64,000 nt of DNA from an uncultured Planctomycetota bacterium (GTDB lineage: Bacteria > Planctomycetota > Planctomycetia > Isosphaerales > Isosphaeraceae). Below the pieces are notes generated by a model, which was not told the DNA's origin, searched no databases, and saw nothing but the letters and a program-made list of their open reading frames with translations. The position numbers were made by a program, and so were the translations under genes. Location of the stretch: contig CAWGMQ010000008.1 in assembly GCA_963823665.1 (NCBI GenBank), positions 608,001 through 672,000 on the forward strand, given 5' to 3'. Within the stretch, counting starts at the first letter, position 1. The number at the start of each line of letters is the position of its first letter. Below are positions 51,306 to 62,895 of the stretch, in pieces.

Positions 51306-51934
51306 TCAGTTCGCGGGATATTGGCCCGTTTGCTTCATCCAGTTGGTCAGGTCGCGCATTCTGGCTCGATACTGGTGCGGCGGTTCAAACGGTAGCGGGC
51401 CGATGTCCTTGGCCGCGGCTTTGACCTCCGCGGCTTGCTCGGGGAGCCCGTTGTCGCCGTAGTGGCTGACCGTCTCCGTCGAAAACCTCGCCTTGATCAC
51501 CATCACCGAGAAATTGCGACCGTTGATGAACAGATAGGCAAGGGTCCGGCCGTACGGGTCCAGCGTCGGGCAGCGTAAGAGATCGACCTCGCTCGCCGCG
51601 GCGAACGCCCCCTGCGCGAACGCATTCGCTTCCTTGCCAAAGGGCTGGTCGAACGGCAGATTGTGCTCGAGCCGACGGGTCTCCGGGGTATCAATTCCCA
51701 GAATTCGCACAACCTCCGCCTCGGCCCCGGGCCAGCGGATCACAACGGTGTCGCCGTCTTCAACTGCGACAATTGCCGGGTCAACCTTCACGCGCTGACC
51801 GAACGGCCGCGGCTGTGCCTTGGCCGGCGCGGCGCCGTCTTGGTTTGTGGCGCGGCGGGCTCTTGTCCCAGCAAGAACGGAATGAAGCACAACCCCGCCA
51901 GAGTCGATGCTGCGATGCGAGCGAAAGGATGCAT
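51306..51934 (-). CDS. Thermonuclease (SNase-like), secreted (apparent frameshift ~51830)
   Basis: EDGDT, VRILGIDTPE, DPYGRTLAY; signal peptide MHPFARIAASTLAGLCFIPFLLG lies in a different frame upstream. Confidence 0.85.
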
Positions 51935-52016
51935 GGCAATCTCCGGGCGAATCATCTCGCCAAGGTACTCGGTGTCATGGACAACGCCGTTCGACTAGAG
52001 GTTCGGTTCGGGCCAT

Positions 52017-52856
52017 TCAGGCGCGCGACTTGATGAACGTCAATCCGTCGCTGCAAAGCGCCAGGGCGTCGGGAAACAGGTCTCGCCACACCTTTGTGGC
52101 CGCGGCCAGGGCCGGCAGTGCCCGCCCAAATGCCTCGATCGTCAGATATCCGTTGTATTTGTGGGCGTTGAGACCGCCGAAGAAACCGTCCCAGTCGACC
52201 TGCCCCGTGCCCGGCACGCCACGGTCGTTCTCCGAAACATGCACGTGGATCGTCTCGGCGGCGCATGATGCGATGGCTTTCGCCTGGTCCTTCTCTTCGA
52301 TATGCGCATGAAAGCTGTCGTACATCATTTTGCAGGCAGGATGATCCACCGCGCGCACGAATCGGGCGGTCTGCGCGGCCGTGGTCAGAAAGTAGATCTC
52401 GAACCGGTTCAGGTACTCGACGGCGATCTTCATGCCCCGGGCCTGCGCCTTCTCGGCCGCGCGCTGAAGCGTTTCGACGCCCTGCTTGAACTCGTCTTCA
52501 GTCGGTCCTTCGCCTGAAAAAACGCCGATCGCCGAATGCGTCGGCCCGCACAGGATCTCGCACCCGAACGCCTGACCACATTCCATCACCCGATCGAGAT
52601 GTGTAACCGCCGCCGCGCGGATCTTGGGATCGGCCGAGATCGGGTTGGTTTCAGGCCCCATCACCGTCACGGCCGTCGCCCCCAAGCCCAGACTCTTGAC
52701 CCGCTTGCCTAGTCGTTCAAACGGCGCAAGGTCGGCCGTGTCGAAGATCGGCACTTCAACCGAGTCAAAGCCCAGGGCCTTGATTCGCTCGAGGATCGCA
52801 TCGTGCTGCTCGGTAACATGAGTTGTCCACAACAATAGGTTCATGCCGATTTTCAT
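52017..52856 (-). CDS. Sugar phosphate isomerase/epimerase (ketose 3-epimerase-like)
   Basis: EYLNRFE, DSFH, HVSENDRG, IEAF. Confidence 0.88.
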   Translation of the reverse strand: MKIGMNLLLWTTHVTEQHDAILERIKALGFDSVEVPIFDTADLAPFERLGKRVKSLGLGATAVTVMGPETNPISADPKIRAAAVTHLDRVMECGQAFGCEILCGPTHSAIGVFSGEGPTEDEFKQGVETLQRAAEKAQARGMKIAVEYLNRFEIYFLTTAAQTARFVRAVDHPACKMMYDSFHAHIEEKDQAKAIASCAAETIHVHVSENDRGVPGTGQVDWDGFFGGLNAHKYNGYLTIEAFGRALPALAAATKVWRDLFPDALALCSDGLTFIKSRA

Positions 52857-52919
52857 GGTTCCTGTTCCTTCCGTAGCCCATCATTTTCCGAGGATGCTCA
52901 ACCGTAAAAGAGCACAATC

Positions 52920-54068
52920 TCAAACCGGCACCACTTCCTCCCACTTGTTGTGCTCCGCCGAGTCCAGCACCGCATCGCAAACAGCCTGCGTGGCAAGCGC
53001 GTCCCTGAAGGTTGGCGCGGTCGGCTGACCTTTGCCCAGGTTCTCCAGGAAGTCAGCCACCTGGTGCACGAACGTGTGCTCGTAGCCGATCTGCAAGCCC
53101 GGAACCCACCAGTTCTTCATGTACGGCATGTCGCCGTCGGTGACGTGCACTTTTCGCCAGCCGCGAACGATCGAGTCGTCACGATGATCGAAATAATCGA
53201 GCCGATGCAGGTCCTCGAGGTCCCACTTGAGCGACGCCTTCTCGCCGTTGACTTCAAACGTGTAAAGCGCCTTGTGGCCTCGCGCGTACCGCGTCGATTC
53301 GAACAGCCCGAGCGAGCCGTTATCGAATCGGCAAAGGAACGCACACGCGTCGTCAATGCCCACTGGCTCGACCTTGCCTGTCAAGTTGTGCTTGCGCTCC
53401 TTGATAAAAGTCTCCGTCATCGCACAGACCGATCCGATCGACCCGTTGAGCCAGAGCGCCGTGTCGATGCAGTGGGCCAGCAGGTCGCCAGTGACACCCG
53501 AGCCCGCCGTCGCCACGTCCAGCCTCCAGAGCCCCGTTCCTCCCTGCGGCAGATCGGCCGAAATCGTCCAGTCTTGAAGAAAGTTGGCTCGATAGTGAAA
53601 GATCTTGCCCAACCGTCCTTCGTCGATTAACTGCTTGGCAAGCGTCACCGCGGGAATGCGGCGGTAGTTGTACCAGACCGTATTGGCCACGCCGGCCTTC
53701 TCGACCGCGTCGACCATCTGCTGGCCCTCGACCATGTTCATCGCCAGCGGCTTTTCGCACAGCACCATCTTGCCCGCTGCAATTGCCCCGAGCGCAATTT
53801 CGGCGTGCGTGTTATTGGGCGTGCAGATGTCGATCGCGTCGATATCTTTGCGCAGAACCAGCTTTCGCCAATCGGTCTCCGTCGACTCGTATCCCCACTT
53901 CTCCGCGAAAGCCTTCGCACCCTCGGCCGTTCGCCCGCAAATCGCTTTCAACACCGGTCGGTACGGCACGTCAAAGAAATCGTTGACCCGCTTGTAAGCA
54001 TTCGAATGCGTCCGGCCCATGAAGCCATAGCCCACGACGCCGATATTCAAAGGTTTCAGTTTCGACAT
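52920..54068 (-). CDS. Gfo/Idh/MocA oxidoreductase
   Basis: [19 protein letters not shown]. Confidence 0.92.
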   Translation of the reverse strand: MSKLKPLNIGVVGYGFMGRTHSNAYKRVNDFFDVPYRPVLKAICGRTAEGAKAFAEKWGYESTETDWRKLVLRKDIDAIDICTPNNTHAEIALGAIAAGKMVLCEKPLAMNMVEGQQMVDAVEKAGVANTVWYNYRRIPAVTLAKQLIDEGRLGKIFHYRANFLQDWTISADLPQGGTGLWRLDVATAGSGVTGDLLAHCIDTALWLNGSIGSVCAMTETFIKERKHNLTGKVEPVGIDDACAFLCRFDNGSLGLFESTRYARGHKALYTFEVNGEKASLKWDLEDLHRLDYFDHRDDSIVRGWRKVHVTDGDMPYMKNWWVPGLQIGYEHTFVHQVADFLENLGKGQPTAPTFRDALATQAVCDAVLDSAEHNKWEEVVPV

Positions 54069-54092
54069 GGTCTTCTCCGTGGATTATTCTCG

Positions 54093-55142
54093 CTACTCCG
54101 ACCACCCGTGCGCTTCACGCACGGCGATCATCGCGGCCAGGATGTCGGTCCAGGTCTTCGGGTTCGTCATCACGGCATTCGGAAACATGCAGCCGTCCCA
54201 GCAGACGTGGCGGATGCGCTTCGTCAGCTTGCCATCGTCGTCACGCAGCCAGAACCCGGCATGATGCGCGATATCGAGCTTGCCCGCCGGGTCATTCGCC
54301 AGGCAATGCCTCCCCGTGTGGTCGTGAGTGCCCGAGCCGTACACGGTCGCGTCATTCTGCGCGACATGGAAGTCGATCGTCCACGGCCGCAGCGCCGCCG
54401 TTAACTTTTTCAGTGCCGCGTCCAGCACCGATCGGTCCTTCCAGTCGTATCCTGCGGGAAGGATCCGATCTTCAGGAGCGTTTTCCCCCAGCGTGTAGAG
54501 CAGCGTATGCGCCATATCGGCCTGGAAACCCAGCGTCTCGGGCTCGTTCACCCGCTCGAGCAGGTCGACCATCGTTCGCCACGAGTGCATCCCGCCCCAG
54601 CAAATCTCACCCTCGGCCGCTAGCTTCTCGCCAAAATCGCGAGCGATCGCCGCGGCCTCCTTGAATGTCTCGGCGATCTTCTTCTGGTTGCCGATCGGGT
54701 CCTTCGCCCAGTCTGCCGGTGATGACGCCGAATCGATCCTCACCACCCCGTTTGGCCGGACCCCCATCTCACGTAGCGACCTGGCGATCCGGCACGCCTT
54801 GCGAATGGCGTTCAAGTAGTTCTCGCGCTGTTTGGCGTCACCCATCGCTGACCCGTCGAACCACACCGGTGCCACGACCGAGCCCACGACGAAGCCCTTT
54901 GCCGCGATCTTGCCGGCGAGCGCTTTCAAGTCGTCGTCGCTGATGTCGATATTGACGTGCGGATCGTACAGGAAGATGTCGACGCCGTCGAACTTGACTC
55001 CGCCCACCTGCGCCGCCGCCGTCAAGTTGAGCATCGTGTCCAGGTCGATGAACGGCTCGGCCCCCTCGCTCCCTTTGCCGACGATGCCCGGCCACATCGC
55101 ATTGTGCAATTTCGGATAATTATGGGAGTGGTTGCCGCTCAT
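54093..55142 (-). CDS. Xylose isomerase-like TIM barrel protein
   Basis: [26 protein letters not shown]. Confidence 0.8.
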   Translation of the reverse strand: MSGNHSHNYPKLHNAMWPGIVGKGSEGAEPFIDLDTMLNLTAAAQVGGVKFDGVDIFLYDPHVNIDISDDDLKALAGKIAAKGFVVGSVVAPVWFDGSAMGDAKQRENYLNAIRKACRIARSLREMGVRPNGVVRIDSASSPADWAKDPIGNQKKIAETFKEAAAIARDFGEKLAAEGEICWGGMHSWRTMVDLLERVNEPETLGFQADMAHTLLYTLGENAPEDRILPAGYDWKDRSVLDAALKKLTAALRPWTIDFHVAQNDATVYGSGTHDHTGRHCLANDPAGKLDIAHHAGFWLRDDDGKLTKRIRHVCWDGCMFPNAVMTNPKTWTDILAAMIAVREAHGWSE

Positions 55143-55203
55143 TGCATTGTCCTCGTGTTCAGCGTGTCATCAAAAAAAGGATTCGCATCTCAGGATCAAC
55201 ACC

Positions 55204-55881
55204 CTATCGATTCTCGCGCGGCCGAGCCACCTGGGGCGCGCCGTCGACGAGGTGGTTTCTCACAAGCTGCTCGACTCGGCGGACCGCCCGGATATAGCGA
55301 AAGCCGTCTTGAGACCAATTCAGACCACCCTCCGCTGATTCAATCGCCCTGGGTCCGAACAGCAGACTTCCCGAGCCATCGGGCGTCTGGACGCGCACCA
55401 AGTTACGAATTTCGCCCGGAGGGAACGTCCTGATCCGGACGGCATTGCTCCTGGGCTCGGGATTCCAGATGATCGCTCGCCGCTCCGTCACCGCATAACA
55501 CACACTTGCATCCCGCGACCGCTGCTTGATTCGCGAGATCCAGTTACCAACCAGGCCAATCCCGATCAGCGAGGCAACCGCCACCAAGAATATACCGAGC
55601 GTCATCGCGGACCCGTCGTCGAATCGTTGCCGGTCAAGTGCGCGCATCATTCCAGATGCGCCCAGAACGAGAAGAGTTGCGGAAATCGCACTCCACACAT
55701 AAAACGCCACCCCGGGACGCGCGAAAGGCGGCTCGGATCGCGCCGCCCAGAGCAGCCGCTCGCCGGGCTCGAGCTCCCCTTTGATTCGCACACGAAGCTC
55801 GTTCGTCAATGACTCGAACGCGTCGCCGTCAGGCGCAACACAAAAGTCGTCCGTATCATGGCAACGCGCTCCAACTGTCAT
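55204..55881 (-). CDS. Hypothetical membrane protein (PH-like C-terminus)
   Basis: LEPGERLLW, two TM helices, YAVTERR, DGSGSL. Confidence 0.7.
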   Translation of the reverse strand: MTVGARCHDTDDFCVAPDGDAFESLTNELRVRIKGELEPGERLLWAARSEPPFARPGVAFYVWSAISATLLVLGASGMMRALDRQRFDDGSAMTLGIFLVAVASLIGIGLVGNWISRIKQRSRDASVCYAVTERRAIIWNPEPRSNAVRIRTFPPGEIRNLVRVQTPDGSGSLLFGPRAIESAEGGLNWSQDGFRYIRAVRRVEQLVRNHLVDGAPQVARPRENR

Positions 55882-56570
55882 CACGAGCCCCCGCTCGACT
55901 TCGGCAAGATCATGTCGCGCACCCACGCCTCGAGCTGCTCGTTCCACCGGTCGGCCCCCAGTTCACTAGCGCGAGCCAAGCTTTCCAGGATGTCCGCCGA
56001 CGAAAGGCCCAAGAGAGCGCTCCGCTCTGGTTGCGCGTATGAGCCGTCACCCCGCAACACACAAATCGCGAACTGCGACGACTTGGGTTGAAACCGCCAA
56101 ACTTCTCCCACACCCAAACGTCCCCAGGCGACGAGCGCCATCTCGGCCGAGTGGCTCACCTCAACCTCGATCGCCAGATCGGGCGGCGGTTGATCCTCAA
56201 GATTGATGTCGACCGGCCCTCTCATCCGAACTGCATTCTCGCCGAAATAAAACGTCTTATCGCCCTCGAGCCCAGCATCCGTTTTCTCGCGGCGGTACGT
56301 TGCCTGGCCAGCATCCTCCCAGAGAATGCCGAGTACTCGAGCCAGTGCTTTCACCAGCTCAGCCAATCGCTCCGCAAACCAGTCATGCCGCCGCGATTTC
56401 CCCACGAAAGACAGCTTCCCGACGCAGTAGATCAACCGTAAGCCAGGCTGGTCCTCGAGCGCATCGCTGACTTTGACGTACGCGTCCCACGTGACACGCC
56501 CCATCTCGAATCGCTGTTCGACCGGCTCGGCTTCGGCAGAGGGTGGATTCTCGAGCGTCACCGACATCAT
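55881..56570 (-). CDS. Uma2 family endonuclease
   Basis: VTWDAY, GLEGD, PPDLAIEVEVS, GVGEVW. Confidence 0.88.
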   Translation of the reverse strand: MMSVTLENPPSAEAEPVEQRFEMGRVTWDAYVKVSDALEDQPGLRLIYCVGKLSFVGKSRRHDWFAERLAELVKALARVLGILWEDAGQATYRREKTDAGLEGDKTFYFGENAVRMRGPVDINLEDQPPPDLAIEVEVSHSAEMALVAWGRLGVGEVWRFQPKSSQFAICVLRGDGSYAQPERSALLGLSSADILESLARASELGADRWNEQLEAWVRDMILPKSSGGS

Positions 56571-56576
56571 TGCACC

Positions 56577-57299
56577 TCACTTCCCTTCAGTGGCGTCATC
56601 GCCATTCGAAGGCAGGTCGCCCGTCTGTCTCGGCCGAATCACTCGGTCCACCCAGCCCGGTAGATGCGCGATGACTGAAGCCATTCCCGAAGCCTCGGCT
56701 TCCCGCACAAGCTCAATAATGTCGTCCGTGCCCAGCTCCGGTAGCCAGAGACTGCGAGCAATGCTCTCATAGCTTCCATCCTCCACGAGTCTGAAGAACG
56801 AGCATCGCAGCGCAGCCGCATCGAACCGCCAGACCTCAGGAACCCGAGCACGCCCCCAGGCGATAACGGCTTCATCCGCGGGGTGGCTGACCTCAACCTC
56901 GATCGCAAGGTCAGGCGGAGGGTCCACACTGAAGTCATAGTCCCTTCCACCCCGCATTCTGAGCGCGTTGGCACCGAAGTGAAACGTGCGATCACCCTCC
57001 AGACCGGCCCCCTTCTCGCGACGGCGATACGTGGCTTCCCCCGCCGGCTCGCAAGGGATGCCCAGATGCGCCGCGATCCCCACGACAAGATGGCCCAGGC
57101 ATTCGGAAAGCCACTCATGCCGCCGCGATTTCCCCACGAAAGACAGCCTCCCGTCGCAGTAGATCAACCGTAAACCAGTCTGGTCCTCGAGCGCATCGCT
57201 GATCTTGACGTACGCGTCCCACGTGACGCGCCCCATCACAAAGAGCTGCTCGCCACTCTCAGAAATTGCGGCGGCCTGGCTCGCGATCGTCATCGTCAC
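56577..57299 (-). CDS. Uma2 family endonuclease (tandem paralog)
   Basis: VTWDAY, GLEGD, PPDLAIEVEVS, VPEVW. Confidence 0.88.
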   Translation of the reverse strand: MTMTIASQAAAISESGEQLFVMGRVTWDAYVKISDALEDQTGLRLIYCDGRLSFVGKSRRHEWLSECLGHLVVGIAAHLGIPCEPAGEATYRRREKGAGLEGDRTFHFGANALRMRGGRDYDFSVDPPPDLAIEVEVSHPADEAVIAWGRARVPEVWRFDAAALRCSFFRLVEDGSYESIARSLWLPELGTDDIIELVREAEASGMASVIAHLPGWVDRVIRPRQTGDLPSNGDDATEGK

Positions 57300-57308
57300 G
57301 CCGGCACC

Positions 57309-58548
57309 TCACTTCGCCTTTTTGCCATGATCGCCCACCGCCGGCAGATCCGCGTGCGTGTCCGGCCCGAAATACCGCAGACTGACGAACGGCTCGCTCC
57401 CCGTGTTGTGGAAGAGCACGCCTTCGCCCGCCCGCTTGGCCGTGACGAACACCTCGTCCGCGGTCATTTCACCAAACCGGATGAAGTTCGGGCTGTCCAC
57501 CGCCAGCTTCCCGATCAAGCCGCTCCCCTGCACAACGATCAATCCATAAGCACCCGGGTCTTTGATCGTGATCGACCGCCCCGGCTCGACCGTCAGCTCG
57601 CAGGCGCTGAAGAGCTGCTTCGAGTCGACTCGGCCGTACACGATCCACTTGTCGACGTAGCCCGCCGAAGATCCTCCCGAACGCTCGATCGGCTCCAGAT
57701 AGTTGTTCTTCTTGAACTCCGGATCGACGTTCTTTTCCCAGTCGAGCTGGTCGACGAGATAGTTGATGTCCTTGTGATAGGCATCCGGAACGTCCTTGAC
57801 CAGCAGCTCCCAGGGAACGCGCCGGCCTTCGACCATCGATTGATACATCCCGAAGACGTCCGAGCCCCACTGGGGCTCATACGTCAGTAGCGACCCCGGC
57901 GCGTGCAGCACGCACGGCGGAATCAGCCACCCGGTGCCGGGCTTGAGCCGATACGCCTTCGAGTGGTCGAGGATCCCGTTGTCCCCCTGGTTCCACCGCT
58001 CCAGGCAGCGATGAATGTCTCCCTTCGTCGTCCCCGGCTCGAGCCCCATGAACGTGTAGGGAAAGAGGTTGCCCGTCCAGTTGAGCTGAGGGGGGAAATA
58101 GTAGCTTTCGGGCTTGCCCTCACGTCCCAGGAGCGCCGCCTGCTTCTGGTTCTGGTGCATGTGGTGCGGAATCGGCCCCAGGTTGTCGAAGAACTTGCTG
58201 TAGACCGGCCAGCGCTTGTAGGTATTCCACAAGCTGCCCCCGATGATCTCCGCTCCAAACGTTTCGATCGCCTGCTTCAGCGTAAATCGGTCGCCGTTGT
58301 GCACCACGTACGAGAGGCCCTCATCGGGCGGCGCCCCTTCGTTCGCCGCCGCCGTCGTCGACGCGAACCAGCGCTCGTCGATTCCTCCGCGATGCGTCCC
58401 CAGCGCATAAAGGTCCTCGCGCGAAAGCTTCAGGCGGCCCCCCGGCATCAAGAACGACCGCGGCACCCAGGTGGGCGCCAGCCTTAGTATTCCCTCGCCG
58501 GTCTCGACGCGCCGCGCGCACCCGCGCAGCCTGGTTCTGCTCGCTCAT
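57309..58548 (-). CDS. Cupin-fold, mannose-6-phosphate isomerase-like protein (apparent frameshift ~58510)
   Basis: PHHMH, KPESYY, LHAPG, YEPQ..SD resemble PMI type I metal ligands. Confidence 0.7.
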
Positions 58549-58612
58549 CCCTATCCCTCTCGTAACAAACAAACAAGGTTTAGAAAGCAGGGCACGACCC
58601 GCGGCCTCGATT

Positions 58613-59577
58613 TTAGGGCGAGTCGCGGAAAAAAGCGATGACGCTCTCCAGGATCTGGTCCAGCGATCGCGTGGGACGGTAGCCGATCAGCGATCCGATC
58701 TTGCTGATGTCCGGAACTCGCCGCGGCATGTCCTCGAATCCCTCGCCGTACGCCTGCTCGTACGGCACGCACACAATCTCGGATCCTGACCCGGCCAGCA
58801 CCCTCACCCGCTCGGCGAGCGCGCGGATCGTCACCTCCTCGCTCGAGCCGATGTTGAACACCTCGCCCACCGCGCCGGGGTGCTCCATCAGCTTCATGAG
58901 CGCCCCGCCACATCCGTGACGGCCGTGAAACATCGAGACTGGCTGCCATCGCCGTAAATCGTGATCGGCCGGCCCGTCAGTGCCTGCTTGACGAACGTCG
59001 GCACAACCATTCCGTACTGACCTGTCTGCCGCGGGCCCACCGTATTGAATAGCCGGGCGATCACGGTTGGCAGCTTGCGCTCCCGCCAGTACGCCAGCGC
59101 CAGGAACTCGTCGATCGCCTTCGAGCATGCATAACTCCAGCGCCCCTTGGAAGTCGGCCCAAGCACCAGGTTGCCGTCCTCACGAAACGGCACCTGGTCG
59201 GAGAGGCCATATACCTCGGAAGTCGACGCCACCAGGACTTTTTTCTTCTTCTTGTTGGCCTTCGCCAGCACCACCTCGGTTCCATGCACGTTCGTCTCGA
59301 TCGTCCTCACCGGGCTCTCGACGATCAGACGCACGCCCACCGCCGCCGCCAGGTGGAAGATCACGTCGCACTGGTCCACCAGCTCGGCCACAGTCGGCCC
59401 ATGATGCACACTCTCAATCGTATAATGGAACCGGGGATTCGCCCGCAGATGGCCGATGTTGTCGATGCTTCCCGTGGAAAGATCATCCAGAATGAAAACT
59501 TCGTCCCCGCGCTCCAGATAGGCATCCGCCAGGTGCGATCCAATGAAACCCGCACCGCCGGTGATCAAAACTCGCAT
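58613..59577 (-). CDS. NAD-dependent NDP-sugar epimerase/dehydratase (apparent frameshift ~58910)
   Basis: TGGAGFIG, STSEVY, YACSK, FNTVGP; continues GEVFNIG in another frame. Confidence 0.9.
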
Positions 59578-59706
59578 GCAACGTGGTCCTCGATGTCAAT
59601 TCCGAAAGCCGCCCCGATTATACGCCGATTTCCGCGCCGCAGTGAGGCGCTCGCCCGGTAGTTGTGCTATTCTCTCCCGTGGCACTGGCTCGGCCGGTGC
59701 TCCGTT

Positions 59707-59730
59707 GTAGCAGGCACACTCCGTGTGCCG
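59707..59730. repeat. GTAG-type REP-like palindrome
   Basis: GTAGCA GGCACAC TCC GTGTGCC hairpin; only one copy seen in the window. Confidence 0.6.
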
Positions 59731-59825
59731 CCCGCAGATTTCCGATGGACGACAGTGGCCCAGCGAGGGCTCCAACTTGAGCCAGACACCACCGGGCCGC
59801 AACCGTGATGCAAGGTAGGAAGCCC

Positions 59826-60431
59826 ATGCTGGAAGGCCCTCTGGTATTCGTCGACATCGATACCCAGCGCGACTTCATGGAGCCCGGCGGCGCGCTCTAC
59901 GTGACGCGAGCGACCGAGATCGCGCCCAACCTCGCCAGGCTGAGCACCACCGCGGCCCGCCACGGCATCCCGATCCTGGCTTCGGCCTGCTCGCATCAGC
60001 CCGACGACCCCGAGCTTCAGCTTTTTCCGCCCCATTGCATGGCCGGCACGCCCGGCCAGAGCCGCATTCCGGCGACCGCTCAGCCCGGCTCCGTCGTGTT
60101 GCCGGTCGGAACACACCTTTCCGGCGAGCGGCCGCCGCACCTGACTCTGGAGAAAAACGATCTCGACATGTTCAGTCGCGCCGACTCGGACGAAATCCTC
60201 GATCGCTATAACCAGGGCCACCCCCTCTTCGTCGTCTACGGGGTCGCAACCGACTACTGCGTGAAGAAAGCCGTGGACGGGTTGCTCCTGCGACAGTGCC
60301 GCGTCGCGATCGTGGTCGACGCGATCCGCGCGATCGATCCCGCCGCCGAGACTGGCATCTTGACCGATTTCGCCCGCCGCGGCGCACTCCTCGTGCTCAC
60401 CCGAGTCGTCTGCGAAGCATCGCACGCGTGA
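59826..60431 (+). CDS. Isochorismatase family cysteine hydrolase (nicotinamidase-like)
   Basis: VDIDTQRDF, FPPHC, K, GVATDYCV. Confidence 0.88.
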   Translation: MLEGPLVFVDIDTQRDFMEPGGALYVTRATEIAPNLARLSTTAARHGIPILASACSHQPDDPELQLFPPHCMAGTPGQSRIPATAQPGSVVLPVGTHLSGERPPHLTLEKNDLDMFSRADSDEILDRYNQGHPLFVVYGVATDYCVKKAVDGLLLRQCRVAIVVDAIRAIDPAAETGILTDFARRGALLVLTRVVCEASHA

Positions 60432-60504
60432 GCGAGACGAGCACCCCTGCCGGTTTCCACTTTTCCGGCCCCGGGCGATCATTGATTTCGGAGGAACCTC
60501 GACC

Positions 60505-61305
60505 ATGCAAGACAAATATCGCAAGCGATACCGAGCTCAGCCGGCCTCAAGCCGGTTGCGCGAGCAGATCGCCCGCGAGGCCGCCCGGCGCGTCTACAAG
60601 ACGTTGGTACCTAGGGTGACGGACGAGCCTCCCCCGGGTTGGCTCGACGCCGCGAGCTCAAACGACCTCTACGCCGCCAAACGAAAAGCAGCGGCTGTGC
60701 TCGGCCACCGGCTGCGCCCCGGTGATCTCCCCTCCGATTCGGAAGTTCGCGAGCAGCTTCTCGCACTCGCGCGCGACCCCGCCGGTATCACCGCAGACCC
60801 CGATCCAGAGCCCGAGCCAGGCGCCCCGATCGCCACTCTTGCCGAATCCCTCGATCGTTTCGCCCTCTACAAGATGCGCCTCCAGCCGCTCGAATCCGTC
60901 AAGCTGAACCCCAAGCATCATCCCGAGGGAGACGCCCTTTTTCACAGCCTCCAGGTCTTTCAACTGGCGCGAGACGTTCGCCCTTACGACGAGGAATTCC
61001 TGCTGGCAGCCCTCTTGCACGAGGTCGGCCTCGCCATCGATCCGGACAGCTCGGTCGCCGCCGCAATCGATGCCCTTCGAGGCTCCGTCACCGAGCGCAC
61101 TCTCTGGCTGATCGAGCATCAGAACGACCTGCCCATCCCCGCAAAGCTCAAGCGCACCATCGACGGATCCGATTACGCCGATGATTTGCTGCTCCTTCGC
61201 GAGCTCGATCAAGCCGGCCGCGTCCCCGGTCAAGCCGTGGACACGGTCGTTGAAGTCCTCGACTACATCAAAGGCCTCGAGCACGAAAGCTATCTCGACG
61301 ACTGA
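60505..61305 (+). CDS. HD-like domain protein
   Basis: HHPEGDALFHS, AALLHE (HE rather than HD). Confidence 0.7.
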   Translation: MQDKYRKRYRAQPASSRLREQIAREAARRVYKTLVPRVTDEPPPGWLDAASSNDLYAAKRKAAAVLGHRLRPGDLPSDSEVREQLLALARDPAGITADPDPEPEPGAPIATLAESLDRFALYKMRLQPLESVKLNPKHHPEGDALFHSLQVFQLARDVRPYDEEFLLAALLHEVGLAIDPDSSVAAAIDALRGSVTERTLWLIEHQNDLPIPAKLKRTIDGSDYADDLLLLRELDQAGRVPGQAVDTVVEVLDYIKGLEHESYLDD

Positions 61306-61307
61306 CC

Positions 61308-62821
61308 TCACAAATCCTCCGGCTTGATCACCTCATCCCCGCTCCTCGACAGCAGCGCACGCAGCACCGCCGGCGCAATCGTCGCCGGCAAATAACGCAC
61401 CGAGCCATCCGCAAACATCGCATTGATTCCCCCGGGAGTGTGGCTCCTGAAAATGCTCTCGATCCCGGGCTCGGGGTCGAACTCCCAGTCGTCCGGTTTG
61501 GTCCACACCACCGCGTGATCATCCCCCGCATCGATCCCGACGATTGTATTCGACGTGCCGTCGGTGATGTCGCGGATGCTCACCGGTTCCGCGCCCCTGA
61601 GTATCGTGCCCGCCCCTCGCGCGGCAAGGTATCGGGTCTTTCCTTCGGCCACGAGCGCCGCCTTCTCGGCAGGACAATGGAACACCTCGGGCATCTTGGA
61701 AATGAGAGCACGGTTGTGCGGGCTGTCCCAGGCCTCGTCCAGATGAAACTGGTCGTATAGCGCCTTCTGCTCCAGGTACGGTAAGATCAGCACGCGCCAG
61801 CTCAAGAGTGGCTTGCCATCCTTGCTCCGGCTGAACGCCGGCGGGAAGGCATTGTGCGCGTCGTGGTAATTGTGCATCGCCAGAATGATCTGCTTTTCGT
61901 TATTCGTGCACTGGTTGCGAACGGCCGCCTCGCGAGCCGACGCCGTGACCGCATCGAGGATCGCACCCGCCTGCCGAGCATCGACCGATAACGTGACGCG
62001 ATCACCGGTCGCCGTCGGCTTGAGCTCGGCTACTGCCTTCGCCAGCCCCGGCACGGCTTTCTCGATCTCCGCCGAGCCCCGCAGCAAGTCGACGAGCTTT
62101 TCTGCCAGTTGCTTGAGCGCCCCGGCAGCCTGCGCATCGCGCGAGCCGGCAACCAGCCTGAAGGTAGGTTTCGCCGCGTCGTCAATCCCTGCGGCAGCCC
62201 ACAGCAGCCCCCGCGTCAAGCCGGTCATCGGCCCGCCCCCAAGCTCCTCCGGCAGCATCGGCACCATCTCCTCCAGGACCCGACGGCTCTCTGCCGACGG
62301 AAGAACGAACAATTGAATCGCCACCGACTCCTCACTGAGCGCCCGGAATGCCGCCGAGAATTCGGGCGCACAGTTACCGGCTCCGTCGCCTTTCCCACCC
62401 GAGCCACCGCCTCGGCGGTCCCCGCCACGATCGCGTTATGAATGGGTGTCGCCTCGCCATGAATCGTTCGCGCGATTCCCTCCGCCTGCGCCCCGCCGGC
62501 AAGGGGCACAATCACCAGCGGTTGACCCGGCATATCGATGATGCTGAACAGGACGTAGAGGTCCTTCGCCCCCGCGGCTTTGAGACCCTCTGACCACCGA
62601 AGCATGAATGCCTTTCCGTCAGACAGGAATCCCGGCGGTGCATCGCCGAAGACTCTGGCCGACAACTTCGGCACGTCCAGCTTGGCCACATCCACGTGAA
62701 TCACGGCAAACACATCCGGCGATACGAAAGGTGCGATCTCCTTGACCCGTGCATCGCTGCCAGCAGCGCCCGGGCCCTGTGCCAGCGCCAAGAGCACCAG
62801 TGTGGCAAAAGCAGTCATCAT
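61308..62821 (-). CDS. DUF1559 domain protein with long secreted N-terminus (apparent frameshift ~62345)
   Basis: NNEKQIILAMHNYHD, LSWRVLILPYL, ITDGTSNT, HTPGGINAMFADGSV. Confidence 0.85.
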
Positions 62822-62895
62822 GAAGTTTCTCCCTTGTTGCAGGCTATTGTTGGTCTTGGCCAGAATTCCTGCACGGCCCGTTCGGCCATGCCACA

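Noticed and set aside
56383..57237. DGR template/variable repeat pair
   Set aside because: Mismatches are not adenine-specific, both copies are coding and N-terminal, and the only RT is intron-type.
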